Shown here: positions 1 through 10,231 of the stretch, piece by piece
Numbering within the stretch: the stretch's first letter is position 1
How the letters are laid out: each line of letters begins with the position of its first letter
Source of the DNA: an uncultured delta proteobacterium
GTDB lineage: Bacteria > Myxococcota > UBA727 > VGSZ01
NCBI GenBank assembly: GCA_963775425.1
Contig: CAVZJB010000011.1
Span: 32,001 to 96,000 of the forward strand
Reading direction: 5' to 3'
DNA: 64,000 bases
Notes under the pieces: model-generated
What the model was told of the DNA's origin: nothing
Seen by the model: only the letters and a program-made list of their open reading frames with translations
Database searches by the model: none
Position numbers and translations under genes: made by a program

Positions 1-1322
1 CGCGCGCGCTCGTCATCCTGCAGCTTCTCGGTGCGCAGCGTCTGCAGCTCGCGCTGGAGCGCCTCGCCGTCCTTTTGCGCGTCGACGAGCGTGCCGCGCA
101 GGTTCTGGCCCTCGGCCTCGAGGCCCGCGATCTTGCCGAGGAGCTCGGCCTCCTGGCTGCGGGCGCCGGCGTCGCGTTCGTTGAACTCGGCCTCGGCCTT
201 GGCCATCTGCTGCCGCAGCGCCTCGACGTCATTGACGAGGTCGTGGATCTCGGCGGCGCTGCGATCATTCTCGTCGGCGCGCGCGGACTGCTCGCCGCGC
301 AGGGCCTCCTCGAGCTGCTGGCTGCGCGCCTGCAGTTGCATGAGGTTGCGCTCGAGCTCGTTGGTGACGTTCTCGAGCTCGTCCGACAGCGCCTTCTTCT
401 CGCGCTCGAGGCGCTCGCTGCGCTCGGCCGCGAGCTCGACGTCGAGCCGCGCGGCGGCGACCTTGTCCTCGGTGGCGGTGAGCTGGGCGAGCAAATCCTC
501 GCGGCTCTTGCGCGCGCGCTCGAGCTCGCGTTCGCGCAGCTCGAGCACCTCGGTGAGCTGGGCGAACTCGCGCTCACGGGTGCTCCACAGCTCGCGGGCG
601 CGGCCGATGTCCTGCTCCTTCTGCCGCAGGCTGTCGCGCAGGAAGGAGAGCTTGGCCTCCGGCCCCGCCGCGTTGCTCGGCGGCTGCGCCGGAGCCTCCG
701 CGCGCCCCTGTGCGATCAGCTCGTCGAGGCTCGGCCCCGGTCCCCGCCCGGCGTCGCGCGGCCGCAGATCGGCGGCGGAGCGCTCCCGCCGGGGCAGGCT
801 CGGCGGCGCCTTCTGCTGCGCGCCCTGCTCGGCCGGAGGCGGCATGACCGCCGCGCCCTCGCCGCTGACGTTGGCGCCGTCCGCGCCGCCGCCCGTGCCC
901 GGCGCCCCGACCATCTCGTTGTCCGCCGCGGGCATTCCGTTCGGAAACGCGTCCGGGATCAAACGCCCCACCGCGTCGACGAGCTGATCGACGCTGAAGG
1001 GCTTGCGCATGTACGCGTCCGCGCGGGTGGCGGTGCGCTGGTGCTGGGCGAAGGCCTCCTCGGTCTCCTGTCCCGACGTCAGGATGATGGGGATGCGCTT
1101 GAGATCCTGCTGCTTCTTCAAACGGTTGCAGAACGAGTAGCCGCTGCCGCGGGGCAGCTCGACGTTCAAGAGGATGACGCTCGGGGCCTTGCTGCGGACG
1201 AATTCGACCACGTCGCCTTCGCCGAGCACGTGTGCTTCGAACCCGAGCCCGGTGAACGTGGCCTCCACCGTGCTCGCGACGTTCATGTCGGGCTCAATGA
1301 TCGCAACACTTAGTCCGGACAA
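1..1322 (-). CDS. AglZ/FrzS-like pseudo-receiver plus coiled-coil protein (3' end outside window)
   Basis: Manual minus-strand translation from TTG at 1322: SGLSVAIIEPDMNV...VILLNVELPRGSGYSFCNRLKKQQDLKRIPIILTSG...FAQHQRTATRADAYMRKPFS, then a Pro-rich linker and an E/R/K-rich coiled coil. Asn occupies the phospho-Asp position. Absent from the ORF track because it runs off the edge. Confidence 0.8.
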   Translation of the reverse strand, partial: MSGLSVAIIEPDMNVASTVEATFTGLGFEAHVLGEGDVVEFVRSKAPSVILLNVELPRGSGYSFCNRLKKQQDLKRIPIILTSGQETEEAFAQHQRTATRADAYMRKPFSVDQLVDAVGRLIPDAFPNGMPAADNEMVGAPGTGGGADGANVSGEGAAVMPPPAEQGAQQKAPPSLPRRERSAADLRPRDAGRGPGPSLDELIAQGRAEAPAQPPSNAAGPEAKLSFLRDSLRQKEQDIGRARELWSTREREFAQLTEVLELRERELERARKSREDLLAQLTATEDKVAAARLDVELAAERSERLEREKKALSDELENVTNELERNLMQLQARSQQLEEALRGEQSARADENDRSAAEIHDLVNDVEALRQQMAKAEAEFNERDAGARSQEAELLGKIAGLEAEGQNLRGTLVDAQKDGEALQRELQTLRTEKLQDDERA

Positions 1323-1491
1323 GTGATCACCCACGCCTTCCGACGACGCACCGCGCCGAACGTAGCATGGCTCCGGGGGGCCCTTCATCTTCGGCGCCGA
1401 TCCCGAAAAGGTTGCTCAGGCCAATTCCGGATGGGTTTGTCAGCGGCGCTTCGTTGAGGTGTGGCGAAACGTGTGGCATCTCACGGGGACC

Positions 1492-3240
1492 ATGAAGCCG
1501 CTCATCCGCCTTCTCCCCATCTTCCTCCTGCCCGCCCTCGCAGACTGCAACTGTGGCGTGGAGGCGCCCCACGCCATCGCGCCGCAGATTTATCTGGACG
1601 TGTGCAAGACGCCGCAGCGAAAGGTCAACGGCATCCTCATCGGCGGCTTCGACGACTGCGCCGTCGACTTCGGGACGCGTGACATCAGCGTGAAGGTCAC
1701 CCGGGCCATCAAGGTCACCAACCCCTCCATCATCGAGCTGCACCTCGAAAACGTCGTCGTCACCGGCAATCCGTCGTTCAACGTGGAGCTCGCCCCCGAG
1801 ACCATCGGCCCCGGCCTCTCCGGTGACATCGTCGTCAGCGTGAGGCCCAACACGGAGACGCTCATCGAGAGCACCCTGACCATCCTCTCCGACGCGAACA
1901 ACACCGAGCAGACCCCGGACGGCAAGAGCGACATCGAGATCCCGCTCACCGCCACCGGCGTCGACAACGGCATCCCCGACATCGAGGTCACGCCCCTCGC
2001 CTGCGACTTCGGCAACACCGCCGTCGGCGGCGTGCAGCTCTGCCCGGTGCAGATCGCCAACCGCGGCAACCGCGGCCTCGTGCTCGACTCGGTCGACTTC
2101 GTCGCGCCCACCGACGAGGACGGCGCGCCGCTGTTCGACGTGCCCCCCGACAGCGCCCAGACGCCCTTCGCGTTCTCCGGCCGCCCGCCCACGCCCGACG
2201 AGGAGATCCCGCCGACGGTGGCGCCGGAGCAGCCGGTGACGCTCCAGGTGCGCTTCACCCCCGACGTCCTCGGCAACTACCAGGGCAAGTTCCGCATCCT
2301 CAGCAACGATCCCGACGAGGGATCCATCGACGTCACACTCTCCGGCATCGGCGTCACCCCGCCCACCTGCACGGCGCGCGTGAAGACCATCAACGGCCAG
2401 GACGTCCCCGCGGGCTCAAACCCCGAGGTCGAGCCGCTCGACAACGTCGTCGTCACCATGGAGGGCTCCGAGCCCTCCACCCCCGGCGGCTCCATCGCCT
2501 CCTACGCCTGGCAGGATCCCCCTGGGCGGCCGGCGGGCTCCACCATCCGCATCGCCAACCCCACCGGCGTGGACACCGGCTTCACCTTCGCCGACACCGT
2601 CGGCGTCGACCTCGCCGGCGACTACAAGATCTGCGGGCAGGTGTTCGACGGCAACGGCACCGGCAGCGTGAACGAGTGCTGCGCCGAGTTCTCCGCCATC
2701 CCCAAGCAGCACTTCCTCGTGCAGCTCTCCTGGGACACGGACGTCAACGACATCGATCTCCACGTCACCAAGAAGGGCGCGGACGGCTTCTGCGTCAGCG
2801 CCACCACCTCCGGCACCGACGTCACCGGCACCGTCGGCGAGAGCGACTGCAACGACGGCCTCGACTGCAACTACTCCGACTGCAAGGCCACCTCGTTCGG
2901 CAACCCGCCGGACTGGGACGGCGTCGCCGGCCGCAGCTCGGGCGACCCCTCGCTCGACATCGACGACCTCGACGGCTTCGGCCCGGAGAACATCAACGTC
3001 GACGTCATGCCGGGCGGTGACTACCTGGTGAGCGTCAACGCCTACTCCACCTCCATCCCCTCCGGCTGCACCGTGCGCGTCTTCGTGTTCGGCCAGCTCG
3101 CCGGCGAGTTCTTCAACGAGCTCGAGCGCCCCGACTTCTGGGAGGTGGCGCTCGTGCACTGGCCCGACGACATCTCCACCGATCAGCCGTGCGTGGAGGA
3201 CCTCACGGACGGCGACCCAACCGACGAGTGCGGCCCATGA
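1492..3240 (+). CDS. Secreted lipoprotein with Ig-like (choice-of-anchor D/ASH-type) domains, PKD-like segment and C-terminal YfaP/DUF2135-like domain
   Basis: ATG at 1492, signal peptide ending ALADCNC; DFG...I.N.G...L repeats, ILSNDPDE, and QLSWDTDVNDIDLHV...PSLDIDDLDGFGPENI motifs. Confidence 0.75.
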   Translation: MKPLIRLLPIFLLPALADCNCGVEAPHAIAPQIYLDVCKTPQRKVNGILIGGFDDCAVDFGTRDISVKVTRAIKVTNPSIIELHLENVVVTGNPSFNVELAPETIGPGLSGDIVVSVRPNTETLIESTLTILSDANNTEQTPDGKSDIEIPLTATGVDNGIPDIEVTPLACDFGNTAVGGVQLCPVQIANRGNRGLVLDSVDFVAPTDEDGAPLFDVPPDSAQTPFAFSGRPPTPDEEIPPTVAPEQPVTLQVRFTPDVLGNYQGKFRILSNDPDEGSIDVTLSGIGVTPPTCTARVKTINGQDVPAGSNPEVEPLDNVVVTMEGSEPSTPGGSIASYAWQDPPGRPAGSTIRIANPTGVDTGFTFADTVGVDLAGDYKICGQVFDGNGTGSVNECCAEFSAIPKQHFLVQLSWDTDVNDIDLHVTKKGADGFCVSATTSGTDVTGTVGESDCNDGLDCNYSDCKATSFGNPPDWDGVAGRSSGDPSLDIDDLDGFGPENINVDVMPGGDYLVSVNAYSTSIPSGCTVRVFVFGQLAGEFFNELERPDFWEVALVHWPDDISTDQPCVEDLTDGDPTDECGP

Positions 3241-6200
3241 CCTTCCGCTCCTTCCTGATCCTCTTGGCCGTGGCGGTCTCGGCGGCGTGCCCCAAGGACC
3301 CGGGCCAGGTCGTCGATCCAGCGAACGTCCACAAGAACTGCGAGGCCAGCTCCGAGTGCCCCACGGGCGACATCTGCTCGCAGGGCAACTGCGTCATCGG
3401 GACGTGCGATCCGGTGATCGAGACCGATTGCGACAACGGCACCGTCGCGGACTCCGAGCAGTCCTTCTGCTGCAAGCCATGGGAGCTGTGCAACGGCGTC
3501 GACTTCCAGTGCAGGAACGACCCGAGCGTCCACGGCATCGGCTGCGATCAGAACGATCCGGGCTGCACGCCCTGCGAGACGCAGGAGGACTGCGCCGCCG
3601 GCCAGTTCTGCTCCGGCGCGGCCTGCTTCAACGCCGCCGGCCGCGAAGACTGCACGTCGTCGTTCCAATGCAACTCGGGCGAGCGCTGTGATCGCAACGT
3701 CTTCCTGTGCGTCCCCGACCGCGGCGGTTGCACCTTCTGCCAGGACTTCCCCGAGCTGTGTTGCGAGGCCGGCCAGGCCTGCTCGCAGGAGAGCGGCTTC
3801 TGCGTCGACGTCGGCGAGCCCGAGTGCGAAAACCCCGGCGTCCAGGACTCGTGCGCCAACGGCCTGTTCTGCAACGACAACCGCCAGTGCGTGCAGTGCG
3901 TCACCGACGCCGACTGCGGCCCCGGCCTCGCCTGCGACGGCGGCACCGGCCACTGCTTCTCCCTCATCGATCAGTGCCAGAGCGACGGCGACTGCAGCGG
4001 CAACAAGCGCTGCTCGGTCGAAGCGCAGACCTGCGTGATCCCGCAGTGCACCAGCGACGCCACCTGCCACTCCGAGGACGCGCGCGAGCTGTGCAACCTC
4101 TCGAGCTTCGAGTGCTTCCTGCCGCCGGCGGAGTGCGACGAGACCGACGAGCCCAACAACAGCACCGCGGCCGCCACCCCCATGACCGACGGCGTTTCGT
4201 ACGCGGGCACGCTGTGCCGCGGTGACACCGACGTCCTCTCGTTCCCCGTCATCCCGCACAAGCGCTACACCGCCACCGTCGACTTCCACGGCAGCGGTCA
4301 GCCCGGGATCGGCGTGCAGATGTTGAACACCACGCTGGCCATCGAGAGCTTCCAGACCTTCACCACCACCCAGGCGTCGGTGCAGGTCACGGGCGTCACC
4401 GGCGACAGCGAGACGGGCAACTTCTACATCAAGGTCGAGGGCGCCAACCAGGCCCGCGACTCGTGGACGTACTCGGTCACCATCCGCGAGGACGAGCCGA
4501 GCCAGACCGCGGACTGCTCGGCGGCCGGCCAGCCCGAGGAGCCCAACGACGACTTCGCCACGGCCACGCCGCTCACCATCGGCGAGACCAAGACGTTCTC
4601 GCGCTGCGGCACCGACGACGTCGACTTCTACTCCATCCCCCTGAGCCCGCTGCACTCCGTCAAGCTCATCCTGGGCGGCTTCTTCAACGCCGAGGGCAAC
4701 CTCAACGTCGATCTCTTCGACGGGGCCAGCACCAGCGACCGCGTCTCCGGCGCCGGCGGCAACACCGTCAACGACTTCGAGCAGGTGACCGGGCCCGAGG
4801 GGCCGGGCACGTACTTCGTCAAGGTCGCGCTCGCCACGGTGAACGGCGCCGTGCAGAACCAGACCTACAACGTCACCGCCACCGAGGTGCCGCGGCCGGG
4901 CTTCTGCGCCACGGTCGCGGACTGCCCGAGCGACGCGCTCGGCAACCCCGCGGACGCCTGCACCGCCGGCGTGTGCACCCTCGGCGGCGCGCCGCTCGGC
5001 GCCTGCGTCCCCAATCCCACCGAGGACGACGGCACCGTGGTCAACGCCGCGGCGCTCACGCTCGTCGCCGACAACAGCGGCGGCGATCCCGACCACAACC
5101 TCGGCGTCTTCCTCGCCGACGGCAAGGCCGCCGACGGCACCGCCGACGCCACCGCCGTCGGGCCGCTGCGCTGCAACCCGCAGGACATCGATCTGTTCAC
5201 GTTCACCATGCCGCCCAACCTCCAGGGGAGCGCGCTCATCCGCTTCAACCAGAGCGAGGGCAACATGGCGCTCGATCTCCTCGACGCGTCCGGCAACCAG
5301 ATCGCCACCTCGAACTCCTCGAGCACGAGCAACCCCGTGGAGCAGGTGGCCATCCCCGGCAGCACCCAGGCGGAGAGCTACGTCGTGCGCGCCCGCCTCT
5401 CAGGAAGCAGCGGCGGCATCACCGGCCAGCACTACGCGCTCGAGGTCCACACCTTCGACGCCGCGCAGTGCATCGCCACGGAGCCGGACGGCGGCGACGA
5501 CAGCTTCGCCACCGCGCGTTGCGTCGGCGCCGTCGGCGACTACGCCGGCTCCGGCTTCCCCTGCGCCTCGTTCGTACCCGAGCCGTTGGCCCCCGCCGAC
5601 TGCAGCACTGCGGCGTCCGGCACGGCAGGCTGCGGGCGCACCTGCGGCAACGACGACAAGGACTTCTACCGCGTCGGCGCCCTCGCCCGGGAGCAGACCG
5701 TCCACGCCCGGCTGGAGTTCGATCCGGCGCAGGGCGATCTCAGCGTCGTGCGCTCGTCGGCCACGCTGGGCACGGCCACCTCCAGCGACAACCGTACGGA
5801 AAACGACACCGACAGCGACGGCATCATCGACGTCTTCTTCACCGAGTTGAGCACCACGCAGCACGAGTTCGCGTTCCGCGTGAACCCCCGCGGCACCACG
5901 GGCCACCAGCTCCAGCCGTACACGTTCAACCTCGAGGTCGGCGCCGCGTGCACCGACGACGACAACGACGCGGGCACCGCGTCGAACAACCTGCCTTCGA
6001 CGTCCACCTTCGTGCCCAGCCTGCCGGCGTCTTTGGCGGAGAGCCTGTGCACCACCAACGACGTCGACGTCTACGAGGTGATCCTCGGCGCCAGCCAGAC
6101 GCTCCGCGTGCAGATCGACCAGGACGATCACACGCCCAGCGGGATGGAGGCCGAGCTCTACGCCCGACCCGAGAACGCCGGCATCCTCCCGGACCTGGCG

Positions 6201-6341
6201 GACGCGCTCGCGATCGCCGTCGACAACGGCGGCCCGGTGACGTTCCAGTCCACGGAGCCCGCGGCGTCCACGTTCTACGTGGTGGTGCGCACCGCCGACG
6301 GGACACCCGTCACGGGGCCGTACACGCTCTCGTTGCAGTGA
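3237..6341 (+). CDS. Large Cys-rich lipoprotein with repeated PPC-like (pre-peptidase C-terminal) domains
   Basis: ATGA overlap with upstream stop; lipobox SAAC; about 300 aa of Cys-rich repeats, then EPN....ATP...C..D.D.Y modules. Confidence 0.75.
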   Translation: MTFRSFLILLAVAVSAACPKDPGQVVDPANVHKNCEASSECPTGDICSQGNCVIGTCDPVIETDCDNGTVADSEQSFCCKPWELCNGVDFQCRNDPSVHGIGCDQNDPGCTPCETQEDCAAGQFCSGAACFNAAGREDCTSSFQCNSGERCDRNVFLCVPDRGGCTFCQDFPELCCEAGQACSQESGFCVDVGEPECENPGVQDSCANGLFCNDNRQCVQCVTDADCGPGLACDGGTGHCFSLIDQCQSDGDCSGNKRCSVEAQTCVIPQCTSDATCHSEDARELCNLSSFECFLPPAECDETDEPNNSTAAATPMTDGVSYAGTLCRGDTDVLSFPVIPHKRYTATVDFHGSGQPGIGVQMLNTTLAIESFQTFTTTQASVQVTGVTGDSETGNFYIKVEGANQARDSWTYSVTIREDEPSQTADCSAAGQPEEPNDDFATATPLTIGETKTFSRCGTDDVDFYSIPLSPLHSVKLILGGFFNAEGNLNVDLFDGASTSDRVSGAGGNTVNDFEQVTGPEGPGTYFVKVALATVNGAVQNQTYNVTATEVPRPGFCATVADCPSDALGNPADACTAGVCTLGGAPLGACVPNPTEDDGTVVNAAALTLVADNSGGDPDHNLGVFLADGKAADGTADATAVGPLRCNPQDIDLFTFTMPPNLQGSALIRFNQSEGNMALDLLDASGNQIATSNSSSTSNPVEQVAIPGSTQAESYVVRARLSGSSGGITGQHYALEVHTFDAAQCIATEPDGGDDSFATARCVGAVGDYAGSGFPCASFVPEPLAPADCSTAASGTAGCGRTCGNDDKDFYRVGALAREQTVHARLEFDPAQGDLSVVRSSATLGTATSSDNRTENDTDSDGIIDVFFTELSTTQHEFAFRVNPRGTTGHQLQPYTFNLEVGAACTDDDNDAGTASNNLPSTSTFVPSLPASLAESLCTTNDVDVYEVILGASQTLRVQIDQDDHTPSGMEAELYARPENAGILPDLADALAIAVDNGGPVTFQSTEPAASTFYVVVRTADGTPVTGPYTLSLQ

Positions 6342-6357
6342 ACGCTCTTCGGGAGCG

Positions 6358-6897
6358 TCACTGCGGCGTGCGCGCGAACTTGCGCAGCAGCTCGACGAAG
6401 CGCTCGGGCTCGAAGACCTGAAAGCTGCAGGCGCCGAAGCGCACCTGCGTGCCGTGCTCGAGCGGGCGCTCGTCGTTGTGGGCGAGGCGATTGCCGTTGA
6501 TGCTGGTGCCGTTGGAGGAGCCGGCGTCGCTCAAGTACAGCTTTCCGTCGTCCGTGCGGCGAATGCGGGCGTGGAGCTTGCTCACGCTGGAGTGGGCGAC
6601 GCAGACGTCGTTGGTGCGCGATCGTCCCACCAGGATGGTGGAGGCCCAGGGACCCGCCTGTTGCTTCTTGAGCACGTACACGACGTAGGTGTCGTCGAGC
6701 ACCGCCTCGATTTCGCCGCGCGCGTCGCGCACGGTGCGCGCCGACAAGGTGCGGAAGCTCCACTCGTTTTCTTCGCTGGAGGGCGGCGGTCCTACGAGCA
6801 CCCACGCGCCGAGCTCCTTGGTGAGGGCGGACGGGTCCGACGTCGCTCGGCCCACGAGCGGGCCCACCGTCAAAGGGGTCGAACCAGCGAGCACCAT
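6358..6897 (-). CDS. FHA domain protein
   Basis: ILVGRSRTNDV...SVSKLHA...DAGSSNGTSING FHA motifs at the C-terminal end of ORF 6358..9063. Confidence 0.85.
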   Translation of the reverse strand: MVLAGSTPLTVGPLVGRATSDPSALTKELGAWVLVGPPPSSEENEWSFRTLSARTVRDARGEIEAVLDDTYVVYVLKKQQAGPWASTILVGRSRTNDVCVAHSSVSKLHARIRRTDDGKLYLSDAGSSNGTSINGNRLAHNDERPLEHGTQVRFGACSFQVFEPERFVELLRKFARTPQ

Positions 6898-6936
6898 CGC
6901 GCGCACTGTATCAGTGTCCGGTGCTAGGCTGCCTCC

Positions 6937-7578
6937 ATGGCACGCCTCCTTCTGCTCGCCGTCGCCGCCGCCATCCTCCCGCTCGCCTGGTCCACCGCCG
7001 CAGTCGCTCAGGCCGCCGAAGGTGAAGGCGAGGGAGAAGGCGAAGGCGAGGGCGAGGGAGAAGGCGAAGGCGAGGGAGAAGGCGAAGGAGAGGGAGAAGG
7101 AGAGGGAGAAGGAGAAGGCGAAGGAGAGGGCGAAGGAGAGGGCGAAGGCGAGGGAGAGGGAGAGGGAGAGGGAGAGGGCGAAGGCGAAGGCGAAGGTGAA
7201 GGCGAAGGCGAAGGCGAAGGTGACATCGGCGAAGGCGAAGGCGAAGGCGAAGGCGAAGGCGAAGGCGAAGGCGAAGGAGAAGGAGAAGGAGAAGGCGAGG
7301 GCGACATCGGCGGCGAGGGCGAGGGCGACTGCGTGCCCGGCTGCTCCGACGACCACAACGAGATCGTGTGCAACAGCTCCAACACGCCGCTCACGCTGCC
7401 CTGCGGCGAGGGCGAGACCTGCAACCCGGGCATCGGCAGTTGCACGCCGCTCGACGACACGCCCGCGGGTGGCTGCAACTGCGCCAACGCACCCGAGGCC
7501 ACGGTGGGGACATTCGCGCTCGCGGGCCTGCTGTTCGCGCTGCGTCGCCGGCGCCGTCGCGCCGACGGGCGGGAGTGA
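6937..7578 (+). CDS. Secreted (Gly-Glu)n repeat protein with small Cys module and MYXO-CTERM sorting tail
   Basis: Signal peptide, about 100 aa GE repeat, Cys-rich module, tail GGCNC...[15 protein letters not shown]. Confidence 0.8.
   Translation: MARLLLLAVAAAILPLAWSTAAVAQAAEGEGEGEGEGEGEGEGEGEGEGEGEGEGEGEGEGEGEGEGEGEGEGEGEGEGEGEGEGEGEGEGEGEGDIGEGEGEGEGEGEGEGEGEGEGEGEGDIGGEGEGDCVPGCSDDHNEIVCNSSNTPLTLPCGEGETCNPGIGSCTPLDDTPAGGCNCANAPEATVGTFALAGLLFALRRRRRRADGRE
7018..7326 (+). repeat. Hexanucleotide GGN-GAR repeat encoding (GE)n
   Basis: Direct reading of ggcgaa/ggcgag/ggagag units. Confidence 0.95.
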
Positions 7579-7581
7579 ACC

Positions 7582-8871
7582 GTGACCGGCGTGCGGCGCG
7601 TCCTGCTCCTCGATGACGAGCCCGCGGTGCTCGGCGTGCTCGCGGACTATCTCGTCGCGCCAGGCATCGAGATCATCACGTGCCGGGAGATCGAGGCGGC
7701 CGAGGCCATCCTCGAGCACCACCGCTTCGACGTCGTCGTCACCGATCTCCGCGTGTCCGAGCTCGGCGGCCTCGAGGGCATCCGCCTCATCCGCTACGTC
7801 TCCACGCACTTTCCGGAGACCACCGTCCTCGCCATGAGCGGCTACGTCAACGACGACGTCCACGCCCTCGGCCGCGCGGTGGGCGCCGTCGCCGTGCTCG
7901 AAAAGCCCATCGATCTGCGGCGGCTGCGCCGCTACGTGCACGGCGAGCAGGGGCTGCCGCCCGCGGAGGGCGAGGGCAGCGTCAGCGAGGTGGACCTCCT
8001 CGACGACTTCCTCGCCACCGGCGCCATTCGCGCGGTGCTGCAACCCATCGTCGACGTCGCCAGCGCGGGGACCGGCGGAAACGGTCCGTTCATCGCGCAC
8101 GGCTACGAGAGCCTTGCGCGCGCGCCCAAGACCAGCCCGCTCAGAAACCCCGAGATCCTCTTTGCCTATGCGTCGCGCAAGGAGCGCCTCTTCGAGACCG
8201 ATCTGCTGTGCATCAAGGCGGCGCTCTCCGAGGGCAAGAAGCTCGGCCTGCGCGGGGCCAAGCTGTTCATCAACTCGCAGCCACGGTCGCTGACGAGCCC
8301 CGAGTTCGCCCCGGTGGTCGCCGACCTCGTCGCCGCCGCGGGATTCAAGAACAACGACATCGTCTTCGAGCTCACCGAGCAGCAGACCATCGTGAACCCC
8401 AAGGCGTTCGCGGACACGCTCGGCAAGCTGCGCGCACAGGGCTTCCAGTGCGCCCTCGACGACTACGGCGTCGGCTTCGCCAACCTCCGCCTGGTCCAGG
8501 ACCTGCGGCCCGAGTATCTCAAGCTCTCCGGCTACTTCTGCCGCGACATCCACCTCGACCCGTTCAAGCAGCTCATCGTTCGCTCCACCGGCGATATGTG
8601 CCGCCTGCTCGGCATCCCCGTCATCCTCGAGAGCGTCGAGACCGCCGAGGAGCTCGAGGTGGTGAAGTCCCTCGGCATCCAGTACGGGCAGGGCTACTAC
8701 TTCGCGCGCCCGGCGCCCGCCGACGACTTCCTCGTCGGCGAGCGCTTCCACTGGGGCGACCCGCCCGCCTCCGGCGCCACCGCGAACGCGAACGCGGAGG
8801 CGGAGGCGGAGTCTCCGGAAGAGTCGGCTGAAAAAAAAAGTGACCACCCCATAGCCCCCGGCGCCGAATGA
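7582..8871 (+). CDS. Response regulator receiver plus EAL domain (putative c-di-GMP phosphodiesterase)
   Basis: LLLDDE, VVTDL, EKP receiver motifs; [37 protein letters not shown]. Confidence 0.9.
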   Translation: MTGVRRVLLLDDEPAVLGVLADYLVAPGIEIITCREIEAAEAILEHHRFDVVVTDLRVSELGGLEGIRLIRYVSTHFPETTVLAMSGYVNDDVHALGRAVGAVAVLEKPIDLRRLRRYVHGEQGLPPAEGEGSVSEVDLLDDFLATGAIRAVLQPIVDVASAGTGGNGPFIAHGYESLARAPKTSPLRNPEILFAYASRKERLFETDLLCIKAALSEGKKLGLRGAKLFINSQPRSLTSPEFAPVVADLVAAAGFKNNDIVFELTEQQTIVNPKAFADTLGKLRAQGFQCALDDYGVGFANLRLVQDLRPEYLKLSGYFCRDIHLDPFKQLIVRSTGDMCRLLGIPVILESVETAEELEVVKSLGIQYGQGYYFARPAPADDFLVGERFHWGDPPASGATANANAEAEAESPEESAEKKSDHPIAPGAE

Positions 8872-8899
8872 TTCCGGCCGGCGCCGCCCCCCACCAGCG

Positions 8900-10216
8900 A
8901 TGACCGTCGACGAGGCCGCGCGCAAGGAGCGGCGTGCCCGCGTCGCCGCCGACGCCGCCTTCTGGGACCTCGAGGCCGCCCTCGTCCTCCGGCGCGACGC
9001 GCGGGACGCCGGAGCGGCGCTCGACAAGGCCCTCGCGCGGCCGGCGCTCGCCGCCGCCGACAAGAGCGCGTTCGCCGCGCGCCGCGCGCAGCTCGACGCG
9101 GCGCTCGGCGCCGGCGACCGCGACGCGGCCCTGCGCGGCTACGCCGAGGAGCACGGGATCGGCGGCGCGCGCCTGTGGACGACGTCGTCGGGGACGCGCA
9201 TCTACCGCGTGGTGACCGAGAGCTTCCCGCGCCACGTGAACTACGTGTACTTCCTCGACCTCGGCGACACGCGCGTGATGTGGGACTGCGGCAGCGGCCT
9301 GCACCGCGCGCGCGCCATGATCCTCGACGGCATGAAGCTGCTCGAGCCCGCCTTCGGCGCGCGGCTCGAGCCGGACGACGTCGACGTCCTGCTGGTGAGC
9401 CATGGCCACTACGACCACTTCGGCGACGCAAAGTGGTGGAAGCAGGCGACGGGCGCGCCGCTGTGGATCCACGAGCTCGACGCGCGCGTCCTCGAGAACT
9501 TCGCGGAGCGCACGGTGCTCACCGGGCGCGACATGGCCGTGTGGCTCGCCTCTGCCGGTTGCTCCGACGACGAGGTGCGCGAGCTCGTGGGCATGTACCT
9601 CGCGTCCAAGGAGATGTTCTCGTCGGTGCCCGTGGATCGCCGGCTGCGCCATCGCCAGACGCTGTTCGGCGGCCGCGCCCGGGTCATCCACACGCCCGGG
9701 CACTGTCCCGGTCACGCGTGCTTGCGCATCGACGACGTCCTCCTCGTCGCCGATCAGGTGCTCTCGCCCATCACGCCGCACCTGAGCCCCCAGGCGCTCA
9801 ACCCGCACAACGGCCTCGACCGCTACATCACCGGGCTCGGCCGCCTCATCCTCGAGTCGGGCGTGGTGCACACGCTGCCGGCGCACTACGACCCCATCCT
9901 CGACCTGCGCGCGCGGATCCGCGAGATCGCCGAGGACCACGTCGAGAAGCTGCGCCAGACGCGCGCCGCGTGTGGCCGGGGGGCCACCGTCGCCGACGTG
10001 TCCACCGCCCTCTTCGGCAAGCAGGAGGGTTACAACGTGCTGCTCGCGCTCCTCGAAGCGGGCACGCACGTGGAGTACCTGCACCAGCTCGGCGCCCTCG
10101 CCGTCAGCGACCTCGAGGCGCTCGTCGAAGAGCCTCGCCTGCCGTTTCGCTACGTCGCCACCGACGTCCCCCACGACGACGACGCGCCGTTCGGCGTGGT
10201 CCTCGGCGGCGGTTGA
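8900..10216 (+). CDS. Metallo-beta-lactamase fold hydrolase with N-terminal helical extension
   Basis: SHGHYDH motif, TPGHCPGH, LPAH. Confidence 0.85.
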   Translation: MTVDEAARKERRARVAADAAFWDLEAALVLRRDARDAGAALDKALARPALAAADKSAFAARRAQLDAALGAGDRDAALRGYAEEHGIGGARLWTTSSGTRIYRVVTESFPRHVNYVYFLDLGDTRVMWDCGSGLHRARAMILDGMKLLEPAFGARLEPDDVDVLLVSHGHYDHFGDAKWWKQATGAPLWIHELDARVLENFAERTVLTGRDMAVWLASAGCSDDEVRELVGMYLASKEMFSSVPVDRRLRHRQTLFGGRARVIHTPGHCPGHACLRIDDVLLVADQVLSPITPHLSPQALNPHNGLDRYITGLGRLILESGVVHTLPAHYDPILDLRARIREIAEDHVEKLRQTRAACGRGATVADVSTALFGKQEGYNVLLALLEAGTHVEYLHQLGALAVSDLEALVEEPRLPFRYVATDVPHDDDAPFGVVLGGG

Positions 10217-10231
10217 TCGGCGCGCCGCCCG

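Noticed and set aside
31-1313. Plus-strand ORFs 31..987 and 75..1313, and the many similar long Arg/Ala-rich ORFs across the window (e.g. 27615..30938, 43467..45902, 31062..33398)
   Set aside because: Antisense or out-of-frame shadows of genes with recognisable motifs; expected at this GC content
7008-7502. (SP)n, (AF/SL)n and (KA/RE)n repeat ORFs overlapping the GE tracts
   Set aside because: Alternative readings of the same hexamer repeat; only the GE frame has a signal peptide and sorting tail
8831-8839. A9 homopolymer as a phase-variation site
   Set aside because: Lies in the last codons of a disordered tail after the EAL domain, so slippage would change little
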